Program-made: the position numbers and the translations under genes | The notes under the pieces: model-generated | Databases searched by the model: none | What the model was told of the DNA's origin: nothing | What the model saw: the letters and a program-made list of their open reading frames with translations, nothing else | NCBI RefSeq assembly: GCF_050320075.1 | Contig: NZ_CP190018.1 | DNA from: Escherichia coli | Lineage (GTDB): Bacteria; Pseudomonadota; Gammaproteobacteria; Enterobacterales; Enterobacteriaceae | Length of the DNA: 64,000 bases | Reading direction: 5' to 3' (one strand) | In this document: in pieces, positions 21,132 through 30,783 of the stretch | Layout of the letters: each line of letters begins with the position of its first letter | Numbering within the stretch: the stretch's first letter is position 1

Positions 21132-21162
21132 TTGACCTTCCCCTTGCTGGAAGGTTTAACCT
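21132..21162 (+). promoter_or_regulatory. copA promoter with MerR-type 19-bp spacer and CueR operator dyad
   Basis: TTGACC (-35) followed by the dyad CCTTCCCCTTGCTGGAAGG (21136-21154) and a -10-like element about 19 bp downstream; located about 45 bp upstream of the copA ATG. Confidence 0.8.
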
Positions 21163-21202
21163 TTATCACAGCCAGTCAAAACTGTCTTAAAAGGAGTGTT
21201 TT

Positions 21203-23707
21203 ATGTCACAAACTATCGACCTGACCCTGGACGGCCTGTCCTGCGGTCACTGCGTTAAACGCGTGAAAGAAAGTCTCGAACAGCGCCCGGATGTTGAGCA
21301 GGCGGATGTGTCTGTCACTGAAGCGCACGTTACCGGGACTGCCAGTGCAGAACAGCTGATCGAAACCATCAAACAAGCGGGTTATGACGCATCTGTAAGC
21401 CACCCAAAGGCTAAACCGCTGGCGGAGTCATCAATCCCGTCGGAAGCACTGACAGCGGTTTCTGAGGCGCTTCCGGCAGCGACCGCCGATGACGATGACA
21501 GCCAGCAGTTGCTGCTGAGCGGCATGAGCTGCGCCAGCTGTGTCACCCGCGTACAAAATGCGTTGCAAAGCGTACCGGGCGTCACTCAGGCACGGGTAAA
21601 CCTGGCGGAGCGTACTGCGCTGGTGATGGGCAGTGCCTCCCCACAAGATTTAGTGCAGGCGGTGGAAAAAGCGGGCTACGGCGCGGAAGCGATTGAAGAT
21701 GACGCTAAACGCCGCGAGCGCCAGCAGGAAACCGCAGTCGCTACGATGAAGCGCTTCCGCTGGCAGGCAATTGTCGCACTGGCGGTGGGTATCCCGGTGA
21801 TGGTCTGGGGGATGCTCGGCGATAACATGATGGTCACCGCTGACAACCGCAGCTTGTGGTTAGTTATCGGCCTGATAACCCTGGCAGTGATGGTTTTCGC
21901 CGGCGGCCATTTTTACCGTAGTGCATGGAAAAGCCTGCTGAACGGTGCAGCGACGATGGATACGCTGGTGGCGCTAGGTACTGGCGTGGCGTGGCTCTAT
22001 TCGATGAGCGTCAACCTGTGGCCGCAGTGGTTCCCGATGGAAGCGCGACATCTTTATTACGAAGCCAGCGCGATGATTATCGGTCTGATCAATCTCGGCC
22101 ATATGCTGGAAGCGCGCGCGCGTCAGCGTTCTTCTAAGGCGCTGGAGAAATTACTCGATTTAACCCCACCGACGGCGCGCCTGGTCACCGACGAAGGTGA
22201 AAAAAACGTGCCGCTGGCAGATGTTCAGCCAGGTATGTTACTGCGCCTGACGACCGGCGACCGTGTGCCGGTAGATGGTGAGATTACCCAAGGCGAAGCG
22301 TGGCTGGATGAAGCGATGCTGACGGGCGAACCTATCCCGCAGCAAAAAGGCGAAGGCGATAGCGTCCATGCCGGGACAGTGGTACAGGACGGCAGTGTGC
22401 TGTTTCGTGCCAGTGCGGTCGGCAGCCATACTACGCTGTCACGGATCATTCGCATGGTGCGACAGGCCCAGAGCAGCAAGCCAGAAATCGGTCAACTGGC
22501 GGATAAAATCTCCGCCGTGTTTGTGCCGGTAGTGGTAGTCATTGCGCTGATCAGTGCGGCAATCTGGTATTTCTTTGGTCCGGCACCGCAGATTGTCTAT
22601 ACCCTGGTGATTGCCACCACGGTGCTGATTATCGCCTGTCCGTGTGCGCTGGGACTGGCGACGCCGATGTCGATTATTTCGGGCGTCGGGCGGGCGGCTG
22701 AGTTTGGTGTGCTGGTGCGGGACGCCGACGCGCTGCAACGCGCCAGTACGCTCGACACCGTGGTGTTCGATAAAACCGGGACGCTGACCGAAGGGAAGCC
22801 GCAGGTTGTCGCAGTAAAAACATTTGCTGATGTTGATGAAGCGCAGGCATTGCGTCTGGCGGCGGCGCTGGAGCAAGGTTCCAGCCACCCGCTGGCACGG
22901 GCGATCCTCGATAAAGCAGGTGATATGCAGCTACCGCAGGTCAACGGTTTCCGCACATTGCGCGGGCTGGGTGTGAGCGGTGAAGCTGAAGGTCATGCGG
23001 TATTGCTGGGCAATCAGGCGCTGTTAAATGACCAGCAAGTTGATACTAAAGCGATTGAGGCAGATATTTCAGCTCAGGCATCACAAGGGGCAACGCCTGT
23101 GCTGCTGGCGGTTGACGGGAAAGCGGTAGCCCTGCTGGCTGTACGCGATCCATTGCGTAGTGATAGCGTGGCGGCGCTGCAACGCCTGCATAAAGCGGGA
23201 TATCGTCTGGTGATGCTAACCGGGGATAACCCAACCACCGCCAATGCGATCGCCAAAGAAGCAGGGATTGATGAGGTGATAGCCGGGGTGCTACCGGACG
23301 GTAAAGCCGAAGCGATCAAACGTCTGCAAAGTGAAGGACGTCAGGTGGCAATGGTGGGCGACGGCATTAACGACGCGCCAGCGCTGGCTCAGGCGGATGT
23401 CGGTATTGCGATGGGTGGCGGCAGTGATGTTGCCATTGAAACCGCGGCGATTACCCTGATGCGCCATAGCCTGATGGGTGTTGCGGATGCGCTCGCGATT
23501 TCCCGCGCAACGCTGCGCAATATGAAGCAGAACCTGCTCGGCGCGTTTATCTACAACAGTATCGGTATTCCGGTCGCCGCCGGTATTTTGTGGCCGTTCA
23601 CTGGAACACTGCTTAACCCGGTGGTCGCCGGAGCGGCAATGGCGCTCTCGTCGATTACCGTAGTGAGTAACGCCAACCGGTTGCTGCGGTTTAAACCGAA
23701 GGAATGA
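21203..23707 (+). CDS. copA: Copper(I)-exporting P1B-type ATPase
   Basis: 834-aa ORF with two N-terminal GLSCGHC / GMSCASC metal-binding motifs, CPC transmembrane motif, DKTGT phosphorylation site and GDGIND motif; SD GGAG upstream. Confidence 0.95.
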   Translation: MSQTIDLTLDGLSCGHCVKRVKESLEQRPDVEQADVSVTEAHVTGTASAEQLIETIKQAGYDASVSHPKAKPLAESSIPSEALTAVSEALPAATADDDDSQQLLLSGMSCASCVTRVQNALQSVPGVTQARVNLAERTALVMGSASPQDLVQAVEKAGYGAEAIEDDAKRRERQQETAVATMKRFRWQAIVALAVGIPVMVWGMLGDNMMVTADNRSLWLVIGLITLAVMVFAGGHFYRSAWKSLLNGAATMDTLVALGTGVAWLYSMSVNLWPQWFPMEARHLYYEASAMIIGLINLGHMLEARARQRSSKALEKLLDLTPPTARLVTDEGEKNVPLADVQPGMLLRLTTGDRVPVDGEITQGEAWLDEAMLTGEPIPQQKGEGDSVHAGTVVQDGSVLFRASAVGSHTTLSRIIRMVRQAQSSKPEIGQLADKISAVFVPVVVVIALISAAIWYFFGPAPQIVYTLVIATTVLIIACPCALGLATPMSIISGVGRAAEFGVLVRDADALQRASTLDTVVFDKTGTLTEGKPQVVAVKTFADVDEAQALRLAAALEQGSSHPLARAILDKAGDMQLPQVNGFRTLRGLGVSGEAEGHAVLLGNQALLNDQQVDTKAIEADISAQASQGATPVLLAVDGKAVALLAVRDPLRSDSVAALQRLHKAGYRLVMLTGDNPTTANAIAKEAGIDEVIAGVLPDGKAEAIKRLQSEGRQVAMVGDGINDAPALAQADVGIAMGGGSDVAIETAAITLMRHSLMGVADALAISRATLRNMKQNLLGAFIYNSIGIPVAAGILWPFTGTLLNPVVAGAAMALSSITVVSNANRLLRFKPKE

Positions 23708-23789
23708 TTGGTATTTACTTAATGCGTTTGTGAGATCCAGTTCTTGTTGCGCTCCTTTTATGAGTAATGCCATATAAAGTGACTGGCGC

Positions 23790-23990
23790 AGGGAGCGCGC
23801 AGGGGGCGGCCAATCGCCGCCGCCCCCTGCACCCCCGGGCTCTGGCGAACAAAATCTCCGCTGCGCGGTACCCTCAGCTTATCCCTTGCGGCTACCGGGT
23901 CGGGCGCGAGGTAACATCCCTGTAAAACGCGCCCTCAGCCCACATCCATGTGGGCTGCCCCGGCCTTCAGGGAACGCCTCGGCGATTTTG
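23790..23990. repeat. GC-rich palindromic non-coding element in the copA-ybaP spacer
   Basis: No ORF of 60 aa or more that is not attributable to overlap with copA or ybaP. Contains a 12-bp perfect inverted repeat gcagggggcggc / gccgccccctgc with an 8-nt loop and a second palindrome gcccacat-cc-atgtgggc; GC content well above the flanking sequence. Confidence 0.35.
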
Positions 23991-24135
23991 ACGCCACCAA
24001 CACCGGTGCAGTCTTTCGTTTCAAAGCAAAAACAATTTTTCGATCATATTTAAGCTACCACTGAACAAGCCTCATAACTCCATTTGCGCCATCCCTCCCC
24101 GCGCGCTAGCATGATATTTCACAAAGGGAGGTCGT

Positions 24136-24930
24136 ATGGATCTGTTGTACCGGGTAAAAACGCTTTGGGCCGCGCTGCGCGGTAATCATTACACCTGGCC
24201 TGCTATCGATATCTCTCTTCCCGGCAATCGCCATTTTCATCTGATTGGCAGTATTCATATGGGCAGCCACGATATGGCTCCCCTGCCCACCCGTTTGCTC
24301 AAAAAGCTCAAAAACGCCGATGCGCTGATCGTCGAGGCGGATGTTTCCACCAGCGATACGCCTTTTGCTAATTTGCCTGCCTGCGAGGCGCTGGAAGAGC
24401 GCATTAGCGAGGAGCAACTCCAAAACCTGCAGCACATTAGCCAGGAGATGGGCATTTCTACCTCACTCTTTTCTACCCAACCGCTGTGGCAAATCGCGAT
24501 GGTTCTTCAGGCGACGCAGGCACAAAAACTGGGGCTGCGGGCAGAATACGGTATCGATTACCAGCTATTGCAGGCGGCGAAGCAACAACATAAACCCGTG
24601 ATTGAACTGGAAGGGGCTGAAAACCAGATTGCCATGTTGCTCCAGCTCCCTGACAACGGACTGGCACTGCTGGACGATACGCTGACCCACTGGCACACCA
24701 ATGCACGGTTGCTGCAACAAATGATGAGCTGGTGGCTGAATGCGCCGCCGCAAAATAATGAAATAACGCTGCCTAATACGTTCAGTCAATCGCTGTACGA
24801 TGTGCTGATGCATCAGCGAAATCTCGCCTGGCGGGACAAATTATGCGCCATGCCGCCGGGGCGCTATGTGGTCGCAGTCGGTGCACTACACCTGTATGGA
24901 GAAGGGAATTTGTCGCAGATGTTGCGCTAA
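24136..24930 (+). CDS. ybaP: TraB/GumN-family protein YbaP
   Basis: 264-aa ORF, ATG at 24136 with GGAGG upstream. Confidence 0.85.
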   Translation: MDLLYRVKTLWAALRGNHYTWPAIDISLPGNRHFHLIGSIHMGSHDMAPLPTRLLKKLKNADALIVEADVSTSDTPFANLPACEALEERISEEQLQNLQHISQEMGISTSLFSTQPLWQIAMVLQATQAQKLGLRAEYGIDYQLLQAAKQQHKPVIELEGAENQIAMLLQLPDNGLALLDDTLTHWHTNARLLQQMMSWWLNAPPQNNEITLPNTFSQSLYDVLMHQRNLAWRDKLCAMPPGRYVVAVGALHLYGEGNLSQMLR

Positions 24931-25012
24931 AAAAATGGCCAATATCGCTATTGGCCCGTCAAAGAGGAATTTCATTTTTTTATTATTATGCCGTCACTTT
25001 AAGCGACGGTGT
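24929..25012 (-). ncRNA. chiX: ChiX (MicM/SroB) small regulatory RNA
   Basis: Minus-strand sequence ACACCGTCGCTTAAAGTGACGGCATAATAATAAAAAAATGAAATTCCTCTTTGACGGGCCAATAGCGATATTGGCCATTTTTT matches the ChiX sequence as I recall it, including the terminator hairpin (ggccaata/tattggcc) and U-run; lies between ybaP and ybaK. Confidence 0.85.
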
Positions 25013-25118
25013 AACTCGATTGTCGCTCAATCTCACCATCCTGCCAATACTCTTAGGCAAGATGACTCTTTTTTTTGGACCGCCATCAGGCGTATGCTTG
25101 CTTCGTTTTTTTGTTTAA

Positions 25119-25613
<495 letters not shown>

Positions 25614-25618
25614 GCATT

Positions 25619-25648
25619 GTGCCGGATGCAAATATCCGGCACTTTCGG
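25619..25648. terminator. Terminator hairpin shared by convergent ybaK and ushA
   Basis: gtgccggat-gcaaat-atccggcac stem-loop followed by TTTCGG on the plus strand, between the ybaK stop (25613) and the ushA stop (25650). Confidence 0.55.
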
Positions 25649-25649
25649 A

Positions 25650-27302
25650 TTACTGCCAGCTCACCTCACCTTTCGGTTCATAAACACTCACATCCAGCGG
25701 CGAGCTCTTCTGGATATACGCTTTCAGCACTTCGGCATCAATAAAGCCGGTATTCACATAGCCCGGTTTGTTATCAAGGCGCGGACAGCCATCACCGCCG
25801 GTGGCATTGAAGTTTAATGTCGCCATGCGGTAAGTTTTCGCCGGATCGACCGGTTCGCCGTTGATTTTCAGGTCGTTGAGTTTGCCGTCTTTCGCCACAA
25901 AGCTAACGTTAGCAAATTGCGGGTAGGCACCTGAATCTGGCTTCATTTGTGCGACGGCGGTCAGGTAATCAATCACCTCTTTCCCGGTCATGTCGGCATA
26001 CACCACCACATTGCCGAATGGCTGCACTTTCAGCACGTTTTTATAGCTGATATCGCCTGCTTCGATAGAATCACGAATTCCGCCTCCGCTCATCACCGCA
26101 AAGTCAGCACCAGTGCGATCCATTTGGGCTGCCAGAATTAACCGCCCCATATTGGTCTGTACAAAACGCACTTTGTCACGATCGCCTTCCAGACGACCAT
26201 TGGTTTCGCCTATTTTCACGTCCAGCTGCGCTTTGCCTTTGTTCTGGAACGGTGATAACAGCGAGATCATTTGCTGGTTTTCAGCGATTTCAGGAGTGTA
26301 AAGCACGCGCTCGCTTTTCCCGTCTTCCCAGGTCACTTTCTTCTTCAGGTTCACCGGAATCAGCTGGTAGTTAACCATTTTCATTTCGCCATTACGAAAC
26401 TCAAAATCAGCCCGTCCCACGTATTTGCCCCACTCATGCGCCTGCACAATCCAGATGCCGTTTTGTTGATCCGGTTTGCATGGCGTACCCGGCACGTAAT
26501 CGACCTGTTTTTTGTTTTCTGCCGCCATGCAGACCGGAGCTTGCGAGTGACCACCGACGATCATCGCCAGCGATCCGGCAGGCAGCGCGCGCGCCATCTC
26601 CACATCGCCCGGTGCGTTAGAGCCGTGCTCACCATTGTCGTAATGCCCCATATGGGTCGCCGCGATAATAATGTCTGGCTTTTCTGTCTGTTGCAGCTCC
26701 TGAATCACCAGCTTCGCTTCATCGGCGGGCTTACGGAACTCAATATCGGTGAAGTTTTCTGGGTTGCCTAACTTCGCTGTGTCATCCGTCGTCAGGCCAA
26801 TAACGGCAATTTTCAGATCCTGACGCTTAAACAGCGCCCATGGTTTAAACAGGCGCTCGCCGGTACTTTTCTGGTAGATATTGGCAGAAAGTAACGGGAA
26901 CTTTGCCCACTTTTCCTGCTGGCGTAATACGGTGAGCGGGTTATCAAATTCATGATTACCGATTGCCATCGCATCGTAGCCCACCAGATTCATGCCGCGA
27001 AAATCAGGTTCGGCATCCTGTAAGTCAGACTCGGGCACGCCAGTGTTAATGTCGCCACCGGAAAGTAGCAGCACGCTACCGCCTTCAGCCGCAACCTCTT
27101 TGCGGATACCATCCACCAGCGTTTTTTGCGCCGCCAGACCATATTCGCCATATTCATTGCGCCAAAAATGCCCATGATGATCATTGGTATGCAGAACTGT
27201 AATTTTGTAGGTTTTATCCTGCTCATACGCCAGAGCAGCTTCACTCGCCAGTGTAAATGTGGTTAACAGTGCTAACGCCACGCCCCGCTGCAATAATTTC
27301 AT
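25650..27302 (-). CDS. ushA: UDP-sugar hydrolase / 5'-nucleotidase (periplasmic)
   Basis: 550-aa ORF with signal peptide and NDHHGHF metallophosphoesterase motif. Confidence 0.95.
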   Translation of the reverse strand: MKLLQRGVALALLTTFTLASEAALAYEQDKTYKITVLHTNDHHGHFWRNEYGEYGLAAQKTLVDGIRKEVAAEGGSVLLLSGGDINTGVPESDLQDAEPDFRGMNLVGYDAMAIGNHEFDNPLTVLRQQEKWAKFPLLSANIYQKSTGERLFKPWALFKRQDLKIAVIGLTTDDTAKLGNPENFTDIEFRKPADEAKLVIQELQQTEKPDIIIAATHMGHYDNGEHGSNAPGDVEMARALPAGSLAMIVGGHSQAPVCMAAENKKQVDYVPGTPCKPDQQNGIWIVQAHEWGKYVGRADFEFRNGEMKMVNYQLIPVNLKKKVTWEDGKSERVLYTPEIAENQQMISLLSPFQNKGKAQLDVKIGETNGRLEGDRDKVRFVQTNMGRLILAAQMDRTGADFAVMSGGGIRDSIEAGDISYKNVLKVQPFGNVVVYADMTGKEVIDYLTAVAQMKPDSGAYPQFANVSFVAKDGKLNDLKINGEPVDPAKTYRMATLNFNATGGDGCPRLDNKPGYVNTGFIDAEVLKAYIQKSSPLDVSVYEPKGEVSWQ

Positions 27303-27519
27303 ACTTCTCTCCCTGACCTGATTTCAACGTGTTGAAAAATAGTATGACGCGACATCATAGACAAGTCTGCGTCCGGTGAAGATAAATCTGCATCCAGATT
27401 AGAAATTCTGTATTCGGCGTTGAGACTTCCTTCAGGCGACGCATACAGGTATGTTAGTCGGGTAATAATCACAAATAAGATCATTCTTTACATCGCAACC
27501 CTGAAAAAGTGACTTTCCT

Positions 27520-28740
27520 ATGGCAATGAGTGAACAAACCCAGCCTGTGGCGGGCGCGGCTGCGTCAACGACCAAGGCCCGAACATCGTTTGGTATTTTA
27601 GGTGCTATCAGCCTCTCACATCTGCTGAACGACATGATCCAATCCCTGATTCTGGCGATTTATCCGCTGCTTCAGTCAGAGTTTTCTCTGACATTTATGC
27701 AGATTGGCATGATAACCCTCACCTTCCAGCTCGCCTCTTCGCTACTGCAACCGGTGGTCGGTTACTGGACCGATAAATATCCGATGCCGTGGTCGTTGCC
27801 AATTGGCATGTGCTTTACCTTAAGTGGTCTGGTGCTGCTTGCGCTGGCGGGCAGTTTTGGCGCAGTTCTGCTGGCGGCGGCGCTGGTCGGTACCGGTTCA
27901 TCGGTCTTTCATCCGGAATCTTCTCGCGTGGCCCGTATGGCTTCTGGCGGGCGTCATGGCCTGGCGCAATCTATCTTTCAGGTCGGCGGCAACTTTGGCA
28001 GTTCCCTGGGGCCCTTGCTGGCAGCGGTAATTATCGCGCCTTATGGCAAAGGCAACGTAGCCTGGTTTGTACTTGCGGCACTGCTGGCGATCGTGGTGTT
28101 GGCGCAAATCAGCCGTTGGTACTCGGCACAGCACCGAATGAATAAAGGAAAACCAAAAGCGACGATTATCAATCCACTGCCGCGCAACAAAGTGGTACTG
28201 GCGGTCAGCATTCTGTTAATCCTCATTTTCTCGAAATATTTCTATATGGCGAGCATCAGCAGCTATTACACCTTTTATCTGATGCAAAAATTCGGATTAT
28301 CTATCCAGAATGCCCAGCTTCATCTGTTTGCCTTCCTGTTTGCCGTTGCGGCCGGTACGGTGATCGGCGGGCCTGTAGGGGATAAAATTGGGCGAAAATA
28401 TGTGATTTGGGGCTCTATCCTCGGCGTTGCGCCGTTTACGCTGATTTTACCCTACGCCAGCCTGCACTGGACGGGGGTTTTAACGGTGATTATTGGATTT
28501 ATCCTCGCTTCGGCATTCTCTGCCATTCTGGTCTACGCTCAGGAGCTGCTTCCGGGACGTATCGGTATGGTTTCTGGACTCTTTTTCGGTTTTGCTTTTG
28601 GCATGGGAGGTCTGGGAGCGGCAGTTCTGGGGCTTATCGCCGACCACACCAGCATCGAGTTAGTCTATAAAATCTGTGCTTTCCTGCCACTATTGGGGAT
28701 GTTGACCATATTCCTGCCTGATAACCGGCATAAAGAGTGA
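27520..28740 (+). CDS. fsr: MFS transporter, fosmidomycin resistance protein
   Basis: 406-aa 12-TM MFS ORF beginning MAMSEQ...; divergent from ushA. Confidence 0.9.
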   Translation: MAMSEQTQPVAGAAASTTKARTSFGILGAISLSHLLNDMIQSLILAIYPLLQSEFSLTFMQIGMITLTFQLASSLLQPVVGYWTDKYPMPWSLPIGMCFTLSGLVLLALAGSFGAVLLAAALVGTGSSVFHPESSRVARMASGGRHGLAQSIFQVGGNFGSSLGPLLAAVIIAPYGKGNVAWFVLAALLAIVVLAQISRWYSAQHRMNKGKPKATIINPLPRNKVVLAVSILLILIFSKYFYMASISSYYTFYLMQKFGLSIQNAQLHLFAFLFAVAAGTVIGGPVGDKIGRKYVIWGSILGVAPFTLILPYASLHWTGVLTVIIGFILASAFSAILVYAQELLPGRIGMVSGLFFGFAFGMGGLGAAVLGLIADHTSIELVYKICAFLPLLGMLTIFLPDNRHKE

Positions 28741-28977
28741 TTTCATTGCAGCCAAAGGCAAACTTTGGCTGCATCATTTTACAGTCGCCATAAGCCTTTC
28801 CTCTGTTAAACCGCCTTCAGTTTTCCGATCCGTGCTTTTTTTGCCGCTAATTCCATTTTTCTGCAAAATTCAACAATTATTCATAAACATCATCAATGAA
28901 ATTGTCATAAACTATTACCTGTAATTTTGGTTTTCCCGGCCAAAAATGGACAATAACCACCAGGAAAAGGAGACGGA

Positions 28978-30654
28978 ATGCATCACGCCACCCCGCTTAT
29001 CACCACCATTGTTGGCGGCCTTGTGCTCGCCTTTATCCTCGGCATGCTGGCCAATAAACTACGTATTTCTCCTCTGGTGGGATATCTGTTAGCGGGTGTG
29101 CTGGCAGGACCATTCACTCCGGGCTTTGTTGCCGATACCAAGCTTGCGCCGGAACTGGCTGAACTGGGCGTCATTCTGTTGATGTTTGGCGTCGGTTTGC
29201 ACTTTTCGCTGAAGGATTTGATGGCGGTAAAGGCCATCGCCATTCCCGGTGCGATCGCCCAGATAGCCGTGGCGACGCTGCTGGGTATGGCGCTCTCCGC
29301 CGTGCTGGGCTGGTCGTTAATGACCGGTATCGTGTTCGGCTTATGCCTTTCCACCGCCAGTACCGTGGTGTTACTGCGCGCACTTGAAGAACGGCAATTA
29401 ATAGACAGTCAGCGTGGGCAAATCGCCATCGGTTGGTTGATTGTGGAAGACCTGGTAATGGTTCTGACGCTGGTGTTGCTGCCCGCAGTGGCAGGAATGA
29501 TGGAACAAGGCGATGTGGGCTTTGCCACTCTTGCTGTCGATATGGGGATCACCATCGGCAAGGTGATCGCATTTATCGCCATTATGATGCTGGTAGGTCG
29601 CCGTCTGGTGCCGTGGATTATGGCACGCAGCGCAGCAACCGGTTCCCGTGAGCTGTTTACCCTGTCGGTGCTGGCGCTGGCGTTAGGGATTGCCTTTGGT
29701 GCGGTGGAGCTGTTTGATGTCTCCTTTGCACTCGGTGCGTTCTTTGCCGGGATGGTGCTGAACGAGTCTGAACTGAGTCACCGTGCCGCCCACGATACGC
29801 TGCCATTGCGCGACGCGTTTGCGGTGCTGTTTTTTGTCTCCGTCGGGATGTTGTTTGATCCGTTAATTCTGATTCAGCAACCGCTGGCAGTGCTGGCGAC
29901 GCTGGCGATTATTCTGTTTGGTAAATCGGTCGCGGCACTGTTCCTTGTGCGTCTGTTTGGTCACTCCCAGCGCACGGCGTTAACTATCGCCGCCAGCCTG
30001 GCGCAGATTGGTGAGTTCGCGTTTATCCTGGCGGGACTGGGAATGGCATTGAATTTACTGCCGCAGGCCGGACAAAACCTGGTACTGGCAGGGGCGATTT
30101 TGTCGATTATGCTCAACCCGGTCCTGTTTGCGCTGCTGGAGAAATATCTGGCGAAGACCGAAACGCTGGAAGAGCAGACGCTGGAAGAGGCTATCGAAGA
30201 AGAGAAGCAGATCCCAGTGGATATTTGCAACCATGCGCTACTGGTAGGTTACGGTCGTGTAGGCAGCCTGCTGGGGGAGAAATTGCTCGCCTCTGATATT
30301 CCTTTAGTGGTGATTGAGACGTCACGAACCCGTGTTGATGAACTGCGAGAGCGCGGGGTCCGCGCAGTATTGGGCAATGCGGCGAACGAAGAAATTATGC
30401 AACTGGCGCATCTGGAATGTGCAAAATGGCTGATCCTGACGATTCCCAACGGTTATGAAGCGGGTGAGATTGTGGCATCTGCCCGCGCGAAAAATCCGGA
30501 TATTGAGATTATTGCCCGCGCCCATTATGACGATGAAGTGGCGTATATCACCGAACGTGGTGCAAATCAGGTAGTGATGGGTGAGCGTGAAATCGCCCGT
30601 ACTATGCTGGAACTGCTTGAAACGCCACCGGCGGGTGAGGTGGTGACGGGGTAA
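28978..30654 (+). CDS. ybaL: CPA2-family cation/proton antiporter with C-terminal TrkA/RCK domain
   Basis: 558-aa ORF; membrane domain followed by LVGYGRVG Rossmann-type motif. Confidence 0.9.
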   Translation: MHHATPLITTIVGGLVLAFILGMLANKLRISPLVGYLLAGVLAGPFTPGFVADTKLAPELAELGVILLMFGVGLHFSLKDLMAVKAIAIPGAIAQIAVATLLGMALSAVLGWSLMTGIVFGLCLSTASTVVLLRALEERQLIDSQRGQIAIGWLIVEDLVMVLTLVLLPAVAGMMEQGDVGFATLAVDMGITIGKVIAFIAIMMLVGRRLVPWIMARSAATGSRELFTLSVLALALGIAFGAVELFDVSFALGAFFAGMVLNESELSHRAAHDTLPLRDAFAVLFFVSVGMLFDPLILIQQPLAVLATLAIILFGKSVAALFLVRLFGHSQRTALTIAASLAQIGEFAFILAGLGMALNLLPQAGQNLVLAGAILSIMLNPVLFALLEKYLAKTETLEEQTLEEAIEEEKQIPVDICNHALLVGYGRVGSLLGEKLLASDIPLVVIETSRTRVDELRERGVRAVLGNAANEEIMQLAHLECAKWLILTIPNGYEAGEIVASARAKNPDIEIIARAHYDDEVAYITERGANQVVMGEREIARTMLELLETPPAGEVVTG

Positions 30655-30689
30655 ACGGTGGTTGCCGGATAATAGGCGCGGATATGTAG

Positions 30690-30772
30690 GCCTGATAAGA
30701 CGCGCCAGCGTCGCATCAGGCATCGAGAGCCAAATGCCAGATGCGGCGTGAACGCCTTATCTGGCCTACGAA
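30690..30772. repeat. REP/BIME element (two inverted REP copies)
   Basis: gtaggcctgataagacgcgccagcgtcgcatcaggca and tgccagatgcggcgtgaacgccttatctggcctac, inverted relative to each other, in the ybaL-gsk convergent spacer. Confidence 0.7.
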
Positions 30773-30783
30773 CCGACGATAAC

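Noticed and set aside
22439-22956. Minus-strand ORFs of 119-160 aa inside copA, and similar antisense ORFs inside acrA (46383-47030), acrB (48976-49662), gsk (30937-31665) and ushA (26271-26771)
   Set aside because: All are fully embedded in well-supported genes on the opposite strand and encode Arg/Cys/His-rich low-complexity peptides; no independent support.
24931-24960. The hairpin after ybaP read as a ybaP terminator
   Set aside because: The U-run is on the minus strand, and the whole segment matches ChiX, so the hairpin is the ChiX terminator (it may still act bidirectionally).
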